Origin: Eubacteriales bacterium
GTDB taxonomy: Bacteria > Bacillota > Clostridia > Oscillospirales > CAG-272
Length of the DNA stretch: 38,699 nt
Direction of reading: 5' to 3'
NCBI GenBank assembly: GCA_045593965.1
Contig: JAZNXP010000032.1
Location: forward strand, 1-38,699
Below are positions 1 through 8,150 of this stretch, one piece after another; position 1 is the stretch's first letter; every line of letters starts with the position of its first letter. The notes beneath the pieces were generated by a model. It saw nothing but the letters and a program-made list of their open reading frames with translations. It was not told the origin of the DNA and searched no databases. Made by a program: the position numbers and the translations under genes.

Positions 1-165
1 ACCGTGCGCGGCAGGATTGAGGCAAAATGGGAAAGAAAAGACGGAGCGATCGAATATACCGTCGCGGTTCCCGAAACGGTCTCGGCTTCTTATCAAGGAT
101 ACGATCTGAAAACGGGAACAAACGTTTTCCGCGTTTGCGGCGAAACGGTTCAAAAAATTCTGTAA
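1..165 (+). CDS. 3' end of a probable alpha-L-rhamnosidase (GH78)-like glycoside hydrolase, partial
   Basis: Frame 1 is open from base 1 to TAA at 163-165: TVRGRIEAKWERKDGAIEYTVAVPE..., resembling the 'TxxGxIxxxW...VxVP' C-terminal domain of GH78 enzymes. Not in the ORF track. Confidence 0.55.
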   Translation, partial: TVRGRIEAKWERKDGAIEYTVAVPETVSASYQGYDLKTGTNVFRVCGETVQKIL

Positions 166-186
166 TTCATCGGGAGGACAGCTGAT

Positions 187-924
187 ATGATGGAATTTGC
201 TAAAAAGATGGAGAGAAAATCCAAAGACCTGCACGGACAGCCTTCGCCAGTCCTTGCGGTGATCGGCGACAGCAATACGCAAGGGTGCTTTGAGGTTTAC
301 ACAACAGGTCCCAATTCCTTGGAGACGGTGTTCGAGCCCGAGAAGGCGTACGGCGTTCGTCTGAAGGAGCTTTTACATATTCTTTATCCCAACGTTCCGA
401 TCCAGCTCATTCCCGCGGGAATCAGCGGTGACAGTGCCGCAGGCGGCGTAAAACGCTTGGAGCGTGACGTTTTGCGGTTTCACCCCGATCTGACCGTCGT
501 GGCGTTCGGCACAAATGATGCTGCAGGTAACGGGGTCGAGGGGATTGCGACATATGGCGAAAACCTTCGTTATATGTTCCGAGAGCTGAAAAAGGACGGC
601 GGAGAGGTTATTTTTCTGACGCAGATGTTTATGAATACCAAGATCAGCCCACATCTGAAGGATGAGCTCTTTTTGAAGCTGGCAGAGCAGTTTGCCAAGG
701 TGCAAAACAGCGGTCTTTTGAAAGCCTACTATGAGGAAGGCAAGCGTGTGGCAAGAGAAGAAGGCGTGCTCGTTTGCGATCTGTATTCGGTCTGGGAAGC
801 GATGGCAAGCGCGGGAGTGGATACTACGGCACTGCTTTCCAACCATTTAAACCACCCCTTCCGTGAGTATCACTATTACATCGCGATCAAGCTCATGGAA
901 ATGATCCTGGGCGTTCAATTGTAA
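187..924 (+). CDS. SGNH/GDSL hydrolase (probable carbohydrate esterase)
   Basis: Blocks GDSNTQG, GISGD, FGTND and NHLNHP; GGAGG RBS at 173-177. Confidence 0.85.
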   Translation: MMEFAKKMERKSKDLHGQPSPVLAVIGDSNTQGCFEVYTTGPNSLETVFEPEKAYGVRLKELLHILYPNVPIQLIPAGISGDSAAGGVKRLERDVLRFHPDLTVVAFGTNDAAGNGVEGIATYGENLRYMFRELKKDGGEVIFLTQMFMNTKISPHLKDELFLKLAEQFAKVQNSGLLKAYYEEGKRVAREEGVLVCDLYSVWEAMASAGVDTTALLSNHLNHPFREYHYYIAIKLMEMILGVQL

Positions 925-958
925 AAATCAAAACAATTTACATATGGAGGAAAGAAAA

Positions 959-1534
959 ATGAAAACCGTAAAAGGAAAGTATTTGGTTGTAGGTGCTGAT
1001 TTTGCAGGCTACCCTTTAAAGGAAGCGGTCGTTGCTCACCTGAAGGCAAAGGGCTGGAAGATCACGGATCTTGGCGTGGTTGCGGACAGTGATCCCAACG
1101 ATACCGAGAATATGTTCCATCGCGTTGGATTGCGCGTCGGAAGCCGTATCTCCGAGGGTGAATTTGAACGCGCGCTCCTGTTCTGCGGCACGGGAATGGG
1201 CATTCATATCGCCGCAAGCAAGTGTCCTCACGTGCATGCAGGTGTGGTAGAAAGCGTCCCCGCAGCTCTCAGAGCGATCACGGGCAACGGCGTTAACGTG
1301 CTTGCAATGGGTGCGTTTTACGTGGCTCCCCAGATGGGATGCGATATCGCGGACGCATATCTGAACGCAGAGCTCGGCAGCGGCTATGAGTGGTGGTATA
1401 ATTTCTACGAATTCCATAAGCTTGCGATCGATGAGCTGGAAGCGTTCGATTATGAGACCTATAAGGCAAACGGCTTTAAGATGGAGCATCTCGGCGATTA
1501 TCCGCTGAAGCTGGAAACCAAGCCCGAAAACTAA
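959..1534 (+). CDS. RpiB/LacA/LacB-family sugar(-phosphate) isomerase, divergent paralogue
   Basis: GADFAG, FCGTGMG and NVLAMG motifs. GGAGG at 946-950 favours ATG 959 over 944. Confidence 0.85.
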   Translation: MKTVKGKYLVVGADFAGYPLKEAVVAHLKAKGWKITDLGVVADSDPNDTENMFHRVGLRVGSRISEGEFERALLFCGTGMGIHIAASKCPHVHAGVVESVPAALRAITGNGVNVLAMGAFYVAPQMGCDIADAYLNAELGSGYEWWYNFYEFHKLAIDELEAFDYETYKANGFKMEHLGDYPLKLETKPEN

Positions 1535-1558
1535 TATCCATCAATAAATAAACAATTT

Positions 1559-1608
1559 TGCGCAGAGGTATTTTTCGTCAAAAGAAACCTCTGCGCACCT
1601 TTGTTTTT
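1559..1608 (+). terminator. Intrinsic terminator closing the sugar cluster
   Basis: TGCGCAGAGGT (1559-1569) pairs with ACCTCTGCGCA (1587-1597), followed by a T-rich tract. Confidence 0.75.
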
Positions 1609-1651
1609 GTAAAAAATGTCTCAATTTATGACGAAAATTACAAAAATCCTA

Positions 1652-1680
1652 TTGACGAATTGGGTATTTTGTGGTACAAT
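1652..1680 (+). promoter_or_regulatory. Sigma-A promoter of rsmE
   Basis: TTGACG-N17-TACAAT with extended -10 TG. Confidence 0.7.
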
Positions 1681-1708
1681 AAAATCACTATTTCAAAGAG
1701 AGGTATCT

Positions 1709-2491
1709 ATGCCGAGATTTTTTGTCCGAGCAGAGCAGATCAGCGACGGTACCGTTACGATCCTCGGTGATGACGCGCATCACATTTCCAGATCCTTGCG
1801 CATGGCAGTGGGAGAAAGCGTGATCGTAAGCGATATGCAAAAGAACGAATACCTTTGTGAATTGACGGATTTTTTGCCCGATCGCGTCATTGCAAAGGTT
1901 CTCGAGGTTCACCAAAGTGACACCGAGCCGCCGTTCTTTGCGACGGTGCTTCAAGCACTTCCGAAGGGCGATAAGTTGGATTCTATTATCCAAAAGGCTG
2001 TTGAATGCGGTGCTTCGAGGGTGATCCCGTTTGAGAGCGAACGTTGCGTTGTTCGCATGAAGGACGGCGCTGAAGAGAAAAAAACGGAGCGACGCGCTCG
2101 AATTGCTTTTGAAGCTGCTAAGCAATGCGGCAGAGGCGTGATCCCAACGGTTCAGCCGACATTCACCTTTGCAAAAGCCATCGAAGAAGGCTCCAAAGCA
2201 GATCTGGCACTGTTTTGCTACGAGGGAGATCAAACCAGACCGCTACCGTCCGTTTTGCGGGAATGGAGATCCTCAAGATCACAAAAAGATGATGCTCCTG
2301 TGACCGTTTCAATTATGATCGGAAGCGAAGGCGGTTTTTCCTTGTCCGAAAAGGAGCGCGCGATCGAGAAGGGAATGATCCCCGTTGGCTTGGGAAAACG
2401 GATTCTGCGGACGGAGACCGCGGCATCGTTCGTTTTGGCTTGTCTCGTTTATGAATTGGAGCTTAGCAAGGATTGCGGTGATTGTTTGTAA
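1709..2491 (+). CDS. rsmE: 16S rRNA m3U1498 methyltransferase
   Basis: MPRFFV start after GAGAGG; HHISRSLR, EAAKQCGR, IGSEGGFS, LGKRILRTETA. Confidence 0.95.
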   Translation: MPRFFVRAEQISDGTVTILGDDAHHISRSLRMAVGESVIVSDMQKNEYLCELTDFLPDRVIAKVLEVHQSDTEPPFFATVLQALPKGDKLDSIIQKAVECGASRVIPFESERCVVRMKDGAEEKKTERRARIAFEAAKQCGRGVIPTVQPTFTFAKAIEEGSKADLALFCYEGDQTRPLPSVLREWRSSRSQKDDAPVTVSIMIGSEGGFSLSEKERAIEKGMIPVGLGKRILRTETAASFVLACLVYELELSKDCGDCL

Positions 2492-2582
2492 ATGCTTTTT
2501 TGAAAAATGCAGATTTTTTCTACCTTACAGACAATTTGCATGAAAAAAAAGAAAAAAATTATGAAAAATATTGAAAAACCTA

Positions 2583-2611
2583 TTGAAAAATCACAAAAAA
2601 TAGTGTAAAAT
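2583..2611 (+). promoter_or_regulatory. Sigma-A promoter of the CdaR-family gene
   Basis: TTGAAA-N17-TAAAAT, preceded by phased A-tracts. Confidence 0.65.
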
Positions 2612-2667
2612 ATGTGTAGTTTTTTCTGAATATTGTTTTTTAATCACAACAAGAGGAGAAGTAAAAA

Positions 2668-3753
2668 ATGTCTAACAGGTTGTTTCAGGGTGTCATTCAT
2701 CAAATGAAGGATGCGATCGATCGCGTGATCGGAGTGATTGACGAAAACGGAGTGATCATTGCTTGCTCGGAATTGGTAAAGATCGGAGAAATTCGTCAGG
2801 GAGTACGTGACGAACTGAACTATACCAGTGATATTATTACGGGTAGCGGTTATACCTACCGTCCCATGACGAACGGTCCTAAAACGGATTACATCGTATT
2901 CGTTGAGGGAGAGGATAAGATGGCAGAGAAGATGTCGAAGCTTCTCGCGATCTCTCTTGGCAACATCAAAAATCTGTATGACGAAAAATACGATAAAGGC
3001 TCCTTTATCAAAAATATCATTTTAGACAACATTCTCCCCAGTGATATCTATATCAAATCCAAGGAATTGCATTTCAATACCGAGGAATTGCGCATCGTGT
3101 TCCTGATCAAGTTCTTTGGCAAGACCGACATGATGCCCTTCGAAATGCTTCAGAATATGTTCCCCGACAAATCCAAGGACTACGTGATCAGCGTCGGCGA
3201 GCACGACATTGTTCTTGTTAAGGACGTCAAGGCAGGGATCGACAGCAAGGAGATCGAAAAGATCGCCACAAATATCGCGGATACGCTTTCGACCGAGTTT
3301 TATACCAAGGTTGCGATCGGTATTTCGACTGTGGTTGAGAACATCAAGGATCTGGCACGCGCATATAAAGAGGCGCAGGTTGCGCTTGAGGTCGGAAAGG
3401 TATTTGAGACCGAGAAAAATATTATCAGCTATGAAAATCTCGGCATTGGTCGCTTGATCTATCAGCTTCCCACAACGCTTTGCGAGATGTTCCTGCAGGA
3501 AGTGTTCAAGCGGGGAAGTCTTGAATCGCTTGACCGTGAGACTCTGATGACCATTCAATGCTTCTTTGAAAATAATCTGAACGTATCCGAAACCTCCAGA
3601 AAGCTTTTCGTGCACAGAAACACCTTGGTTTACCGTCTGGATAAGATCCGTAAGTTGACGGGATTGGATCTGCGCGAATTTGAGCACGCGATCACCTTCA
3701 AGGTCGCTCTGATGGTTAAAAAATATCTGAATTCCAAGCCGATCAAGTTCTGA
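2668..3753 (+). CDS. CdaR/PucR-family transcriptional regulator
   Basis: N-terminal sugar-diacid-recognition-like segment (IGVIDENGVIIAC) and C-terminal HTH NLNVSETSRKLFVHRNTLVYRLDKI; GAGGAG RBS. Confidence 0.92.
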   Translation: MSNRLFQGVIHQMKDAIDRVIGVIDENGVIIACSELVKIGEIRQGVRDELNYTSDIITGSGYTYRPMTNGPKTDYIVFVEGEDKMAEKMSKLLAISLGNIKNLYDEKYDKGSFIKNIILDNILPSDIYIKSKELHFNTEELRIVFLIKFFGKTDMMPFEMLQNMFPDKSKDYVISVGEHDIVLVKDVKAGIDSKEIEKIATNIADTLSTEFYTKVAIGISTVVENIKDLARAYKEAQVALEVGKVFETEKNIISYENLGIGRLIYQLPTTLCEMFLQEVFKRGSLESLDRETLMTIQCFFENNLNVSETSRKLFVHRNTLVYRLDKIRKLTGLDLREFEHAITFKVALMVKKYLNSKPIKF

Positions 3754-3783
3754 TAAGAGCTTTTTTACCGACATTTTATGATG

Positions 3784-3836
3784 ACAGAAAGCGAAATGCA
3801 CCAAGTGTGACGGTGTATTTCGCTTCTGTACTGTTT
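3784..3836 (+). terminator. Stem-loop terminator after the CdaR gene
   Basis: ACAGAAAGCGAAATGCACC pairs imperfectly with GGTGTATTTCGCTTCTGT; weak T tail. Confidence 0.55.
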
Positions 3837-3845
3837 GGTTATTGC

Positions 3846-3875
3846 GTATAAACCGCATTTGATCGTTCATAAAAT
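3846..3875 (+). promoter_or_regulatory. Possible sporulation (sigma-E/G-type) promoter of the S41 protease
   Basis: GTATA-N17-CATAAAAT fits ATA-N16-18-CATAnnnT; no clear sigma-A pair in this gap. Confidence 0.45.
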
Positions 3876-3930
3876 AGAGGATAGCGGCGTTTGAATAAAA
3901 ATATTACAAGCGCCAAAAGAAAGGATAAGA

Positions 3931-5406
3931 ATGCAGGATAACAGAAGAGATTATTATCCGGGTGAATGGGATTGGAATACGCCACCAACTCCCGAAGAGC
4001 CTTCCTCCAAGCAAAAAAATACGCGCCGTGGCATGACGGTTGGTGCATGGCTTTGCGTGCTTTGCGTGGTGGTGGCGTTTTCGGTCCTTCTGACGTTTGT
4101 TCTGACCACGATCTCTAATCAGGATTATTACACTGCACTTTTACGTGAAAAGCAAGCGCAGATTGAGCTTTTGCAATCACAAACAGGCGATCCTTCACAA
4201 GGATCCGCTTCATCCCCCGAGGCACAGCAGCTGGAAACGCTGCAAAGCATTTTTGAAAAGTATTCCTATTATTACGGCAAAAAATCCGACGAGGAATTGA
4301 TGGAAGCCGTGATGAAGGCATACGTCAATGCGACGGGTGACCGTTACGCGGAATTTTATACGGTAGAAGAGTATTCTGCTTTGGTAAGCGATCGCAACGG
4401 CGCTTCCGTCGGCATCGGTATCAGCATCGTGCAGACAGAATGGACGGTCAACGGAGTGGCTTATCAAGGATTTCAGGTAAGCGCCATTTTCAAGAACGCT
4501 CCTGCCGAAAATTCGGGACTTCAGATCGGTGATCTGATTTACAGAATTAAAGTCAACGGTGAGTATAAGACTGTAAACGAGCTGGGATATACCGAAGCTA
4601 CCAATGCGGTTCGCGGCGAGGTCGGAACGGTTGCGGAGCTGTCCGCGTTCCGAAAGACGAACAACGGATATAGCAACCACGATTTTTCAATCCTTCGCGG
4701 AACCTATGAAAAGGAGTCGGTATCTTACAGGCTCTCCCAAACCGATGAAATGGTTGGCATCATTCATATTTCCGAGTTCGATCTGACAACGCCTCGTCAG
4801 TTTAAGGCTGCTGTCAAGACGCTGATCGCATCGGGAGCCGAACGCTTTGTGTTTGACGTTCGGAATAACCCCGGGGGAGATCTGCAGTCGATCAAAGCTG
4901 TGCTGACTTACTTTTTAAAGCCTGGGGACATGATCCTCTCATCCATTACCCGCGACGGTAAGGTCGCCGACACATACGTGGCAGAGGTGATCAACTGGAA
5001 GGGCGATTATGCCGCTTGTAACGTTTCCGCCGACGAGATCGGCATGTTTGCGGGGCTTGATATGGTCGTTCTTTGCAACGGGAATACCGCGAGCGCGGCT
5101 GAGGTCTTTACCGCAACGATGCGCGATTACGGACTTGCAAAGATCGTCGGTGAGACCACGTTCGGAAAAGGCATTATGCAAACGACGCTCACGATGACGA
5201 AGGCAGGCAAGCCGATCGGATACGTCAAGCTGACAACGCACGCATACGTCACAAAATGCGGCATTACCTATCACGAGATCGGTATTGCACCGACGTCGGG
5301 ATATGAGGTCGCGCTTTCCGAAGAAGCAAAGCAATATAATTTCTATATTTTGCCCGAGGAAGTTGACAATCAGCTTCAGTTGGCAATTCAAGCAGTAAAA
5401 TCTTAA
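3931..5406 (+). CDS. S41-family carboxy-terminal processing protease (CtpA/CtpB-like) with N-terminal TM anchor and PDZ domain
   Basis: DVRNNPGG, catalytic TASAAE and TTFGKG, PDZ segment GIGI...APAENSGLQIGD. Confidence 0.93.
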   Translation: MQDNRRDYYPGEWDWNTPPTPEEPSSKQKNTRRGMTVGAWLCVLCVVVAFSVLLTFVLTTISNQDYYTALLREKQAQIELLQSQTGDPSQGSASSPEAQQLETLQSIFEKYSYYYGKKSDEELMEAVMKAYVNATGDRYAEFYTVEEYSALVSDRNGASVGIGISIVQTEWTVNGVAYQGFQVSAIFKNAPAENSGLQIGDLIYRIKVNGEYKTVNELGYTEATNAVRGEVGTVAELSAFRKTNNGYSNHDFSILRGTYEKESVSYRLSQTDEMVGIIHISEFDLTTPRQFKAAVKTLIASGAERFVFDVRNNPGGDLQSIKAVLTYFLKPGDMILSSITRDGKVADTYVAEVINWKGDYAACNVSADEIGMFAGLDMVVLCNGNTASAAEVFTATMRDYGLAKIVGETTFGKGIMQTTLTMTKAGKPIGYVKLTTHAYVTKCGITYHEIGIAPTSGYEVALSEEAKQYNFYILPEEVDNQLQLAIQAVKS

Positions 5407-5441
5407 ATCATAAAATCATAACTTAAGGAGAATGGATCATC

Positions 5442-5924
5442 ATGGCAAAGGGAAAACAGATCTATACACAGCAAGGCTACGACGAATTGGTAAAAGAGCT
5501 TCATTATCTGAAGCATGAGAAAAGAGAGCAGATCAAGAATGATATCGCTGTTGCTCGTTCCTTTGGCGACCTTTCGGAGAACGCGGAGTACGATGAAGCG
5601 AGAAACGAACAGGCAAAGAACGAAGCGCGTATCACCGAGCTTGAGGAATTGCTTGAAAATGCGGTGATCCAGGACGAATCCCAGATCGATACAAAGGTCG
5701 TCAGCCTCGGATCGACCGTAAAGGTGTTCCACGAGCAAATGAATGCTGAAATCACCTATAATCTGGTTGGATCCAATGAATCCAATCCGATGGAAGGAAA
5801 GATCTCCGATCAATCTCCCATTGGTGCAGCTTTGATCGGAAAACGTGCGGGTGACACCGTGAAGGTCGAAGTGATTGCAGGAAGTATCAGCATGAAGGTT
5901 CTGGAAGTTTCCAGAACGCGCTGA
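5442..5924 (+). CDS. greA: Transcription elongation factor GreA
   Basis: ARSFGDLSENAEYDEA and ISDQSPIGAAL. Confidence 0.97.
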   Translation: MAKGKQIYTQQGYDELVKELHYLKHEKREQIKNDIAVARSFGDLSENAEYDEARNEQAKNEARITELEELLENAVIQDESQIDTKVVSLGSTVKVFHEQMNAEITYNLVGSNESNPMEGKISDQSPIGAALIGKRAGDTVKVEVIAGSISMKVLEVSRTR

Positions 5925-5939
5925 TTTGCGTTGAATGAC

Positions 5940-5977
5940 AACGGCGGAACGGAGTCTTTTCTCGCGTTCCGCTGTTT
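5940..5977 (+). terminator. Stem-loop after greA
   Basis: AACGGCGGAACG pairs with CGTTCCGCTGTT (one G-U); short T tail. Confidence 0.5.
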
Positions 5978-5997
5978 GATTATGGAAGGATAAAAGC

Positions 5998-6750
5998 ATG
6001 AGAGATCATGAGGAAAAGATCGACGGTGCCGAAATCGCCGTCACAAAAAACAAATTTTTATCATGGTTGGATAATTTTTGGTATCATTACAAATGGCCCA
6101 CGCTGATCATTGCGTTTTTCATCATCGTGGGCGTATTCGGCTTTGTGCAATGCAGCACCAGAGAGACAGGAGACGTCAACGTGGTGTTTGCGGGCGGATA
6201 TTCCATGAATGCTTCTCAAAAAACAACGCTGTCATCCGCTTTGAGTCTGTTGGTACCGAAGGAAGGAAAGGAAGGTGAGACCGTAACGGCGGTCGTGCCC
6301 GATTATCCTGTTTTTTCCGATGAAGAGATCAGAGAGATGTTCACCGATGAAAACGGCAATTTTTCTCTTTCCGCGTATGAAAATTTGCGTCAACAGTGCG
6401 TTCAGAATATGAATACGCTGGGGGACTACATCATGACGGGTGAATGTAGCATTTATTTGGTGCGTGAATCGGTGTATCAGGCGAAGAATTTAGCTGCTCT
6501 GGCAGTTCCGCTGTCGCAGCATTTTCAAACAGCTCCCAACGGTGCGCATGACGAATATGCCGTTCGCATCGGAGATACCGAGTTTTACCAATACTACGAG
6601 GCATTGCATTTTATTCCTGCCGATACGTTGATCGTTTTGACGAAACCGTATATTTACGGGGCAAGCAGTCAGCCCGAAACGTACGCGCAAAGTGAAGCAC
6701 TCTTTCTGGCAATTCTCAATTTCAAAGCCCCCACGTCCGTAAATTCTTAA
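5998..6750 (+). CDS. Uncharacterised single-pass membrane protein (WLDNFWYHYK motif)
   Basis: AAGGA RBS; aromatic juxtamembrane motif, one TM helix, about 200-aa predicted extracytoplasmic domain. Confidence 0.8.
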   Translation: MRDHEEKIDGAEIAVTKNKFLSWLDNFWYHYKWPTLIIAFFIIVGVFGFVQCSTRETGDVNVVFAGGYSMNASQKTTLSSALSLLVPKEGKEGETVTAVVPDYPVFSDEEIREMFTDENGNFSLSAYENLRQQCVQNMNTLGDYIMTGECSIYLVRESVYQAKNLAALAVPLSQHFQTAPNGAHDEYAVRIGDTEFYQYYEALHFIPADTLIVLTKPYIYGASSQPETYAQSEALFLAILNFKAPTSVNS

Positions 6751-6756
6751 ATATAA

Positions 6757-6793
6757 AAAATACACGCTCTGCTATTTGCAGAGCGTGTATTTT
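6757..6793. terminator. Bidirectional intrinsic terminator between convergent genes
   Basis: Perfect 16-bp inverted repeat AAAATACACGCTCTGC / GCAGAGCGTGTATTTT with a 5-nt loop. Confidence 0.85.
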
Positions 6794-6798
6794 ATGTT

Positions 6799-7473
6799 TT
6801 ACAGTACAAAGGGATGAAGAGCCGCTTGCTCGCGCATTTTGGTGATCACCTCACGCGGCTTTTTGGCTTTGAAGATCGCCGAGCCTGCAACGATGATATT
6901 GGCTCCCGCAGAGGTTGCCAGAGCAACATTATCGGCAGTCAGCCCGCCATCTACCTCGATGTCAAGCTTGTTCAAACCATGCTCTTGTGCGTAGCGACGG
7001 ATCGCGGAGACCTTTTTCAGGGTTGCGGGGATCAGTGCCTGCCCGCCAAATCCGGGAACTACCGTCATGACCAAGACCATATCGATCTCGGAAAGATAGG
7101 GGAAAACGTCTTGGACGGGGGTTGAGGGAGAGATCGCGATCGCGCAACGCACCTCACGCTTGCGGATCTCATGCAACGTTTCGCGGATCTTGTTTGTGCT
7201 TTCCAAGTGGATCGTAATGATATCCGCGCCCGCTTTTACAAAATCGTCAATATAACGGATCGGCTCCTGTATCATCAAATGAACGTCAAAGATCAGCTTG
7301 CTGTAAGGACGCAGAGCGCTGATCACGGGAGCACCGAAGCTGATGTTCGGAACAAAGCTTCCGTCCATCACGTCCAGATGCAGATAGTTTGCGCCTGCTT
7401 CGGCAATGCGATGTACTTCTTTGGAAAGATTGGCAAAATCAGCGGCAAGCAGGGAAGGAGCGACGTAGATCAT
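6799..7473 (-). CDS. rpe: Ribulose-phosphate 3-epimerase
   Basis: APSLLAADF, HLDVMDGSFVPNISFG, DVHLMI, MTVVPGFGGQ, IEVDGG, VAGSAIF. Confidence 0.97.
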   Translation of the reverse strand: MIYVAPSLLAADFANLSKEVHRIAEAGANYLHLDVMDGSFVPNISFGAPVISALRPYSKLIFDVHLMIQEPIRYIDDFVKAGADIITIHLESTNKIRETLHEIRKREVRCAIAISPSTPVQDVFPYLSEIDMVLVMTVVPGFGGQALIPATLKKVSAIRRYAQEHGLNKLDIEVDGGLTADNVALATSAGANIIVAGSAIFKAKKPREVITKMREQAALHPFVL

Positions 7474-7637
7474 AATGGATCCTTTCTGTCAGAAAAATGA
7501 TCTGACGAATATTGTTACTTTTTGTCAAAGTCCGCATATACTGTCAAGGAAGATATGCGCTTGGAATACGGTCGGGAAGTCATTCAAAACGGATGTTTGT
7601 GCAAAAATCCGTAGGAAAGGCGCTTTTATATAGTGCT

Positions 7638-8126
7638 TTATTGCACCTTTTGCAAGAGGCAGACCGCATGGGCGGCAATGCCGAGCTTTTCACCCGTAAA
7701 GCCTAAGTGTTCCTCGGTCGTGGCTTTGATGCTGATGCGGTCAATTTCCATGTGCAGAGCGTTTGCAAGCAGCTCTCGCATCTTGGGAATGTGGGGAGCA
7801 AGCTTTGGAGCTTGTGCCAAGACGGTTGCGTCGATATTGCCGATCGACCATCCTTTTTGCTTGATGAGAGAAGCTACGTGCTCTGCAAGCTTCAAGCTGT
7901 CGGCACCGAGATAGTTGGGGTCGGTATCGGGAAAGTGCTTTCCGATATCGCCCAGTGCGAGTGCGCCAAGCAACGCATCCATGATCGCATGGGTCAGAAC
8001 GTCGGCATCGGAATGACCGAGCAATCCCGTCTCGTGGGGGATCAAAACTCCGCCTAAGATCAAAGGTCTGCCTTCGGTTAATCTATGCACGTCGTAGCCG
8101 TGTCCGATTCTCATATCGGTGATCAT
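7638..8126 (-). CDS. ispF: 2-C-methyl-D-erythritol 2,4-cyclodiphosphate synthase
   Basis: [28 protein letters not shown]. Confidence 0.97.
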   Translation of the reverse strand: MITDMRIGHGYDVHRLTEGRPLILGGVLIPHETGLLGHSDADVLTHAIMDALLGALALGDIGKHFPDTDPNYLGADSLKLAEHVASLIKQKGWSIGNIDATVLAQAPKLAPHIPKMRELLANALHMEIDRISIKATTEEHLGFTGEKLGIAAHAVCLLQKVQ

Positions 8127-8150
8127 GGAAAAGCTCCTTTCAAAAGAAGA

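Noticed and set aside
1616-1708. Longer track starts for rsmE (also rpiB, DUF896, rimM, tsaB)
   Set aside because: The extensions run through promoters or neighbouring genes. Downstream starts have RBSs and match family N-termini.
3022-3870. 282-aa minus-strand ORF and similar antisense ORFs over greA, tsaB, mtaB, uvrC and the ABC genes
   Set aside because: All overlap well-supported genes on the opposite strand and lack independent signals.
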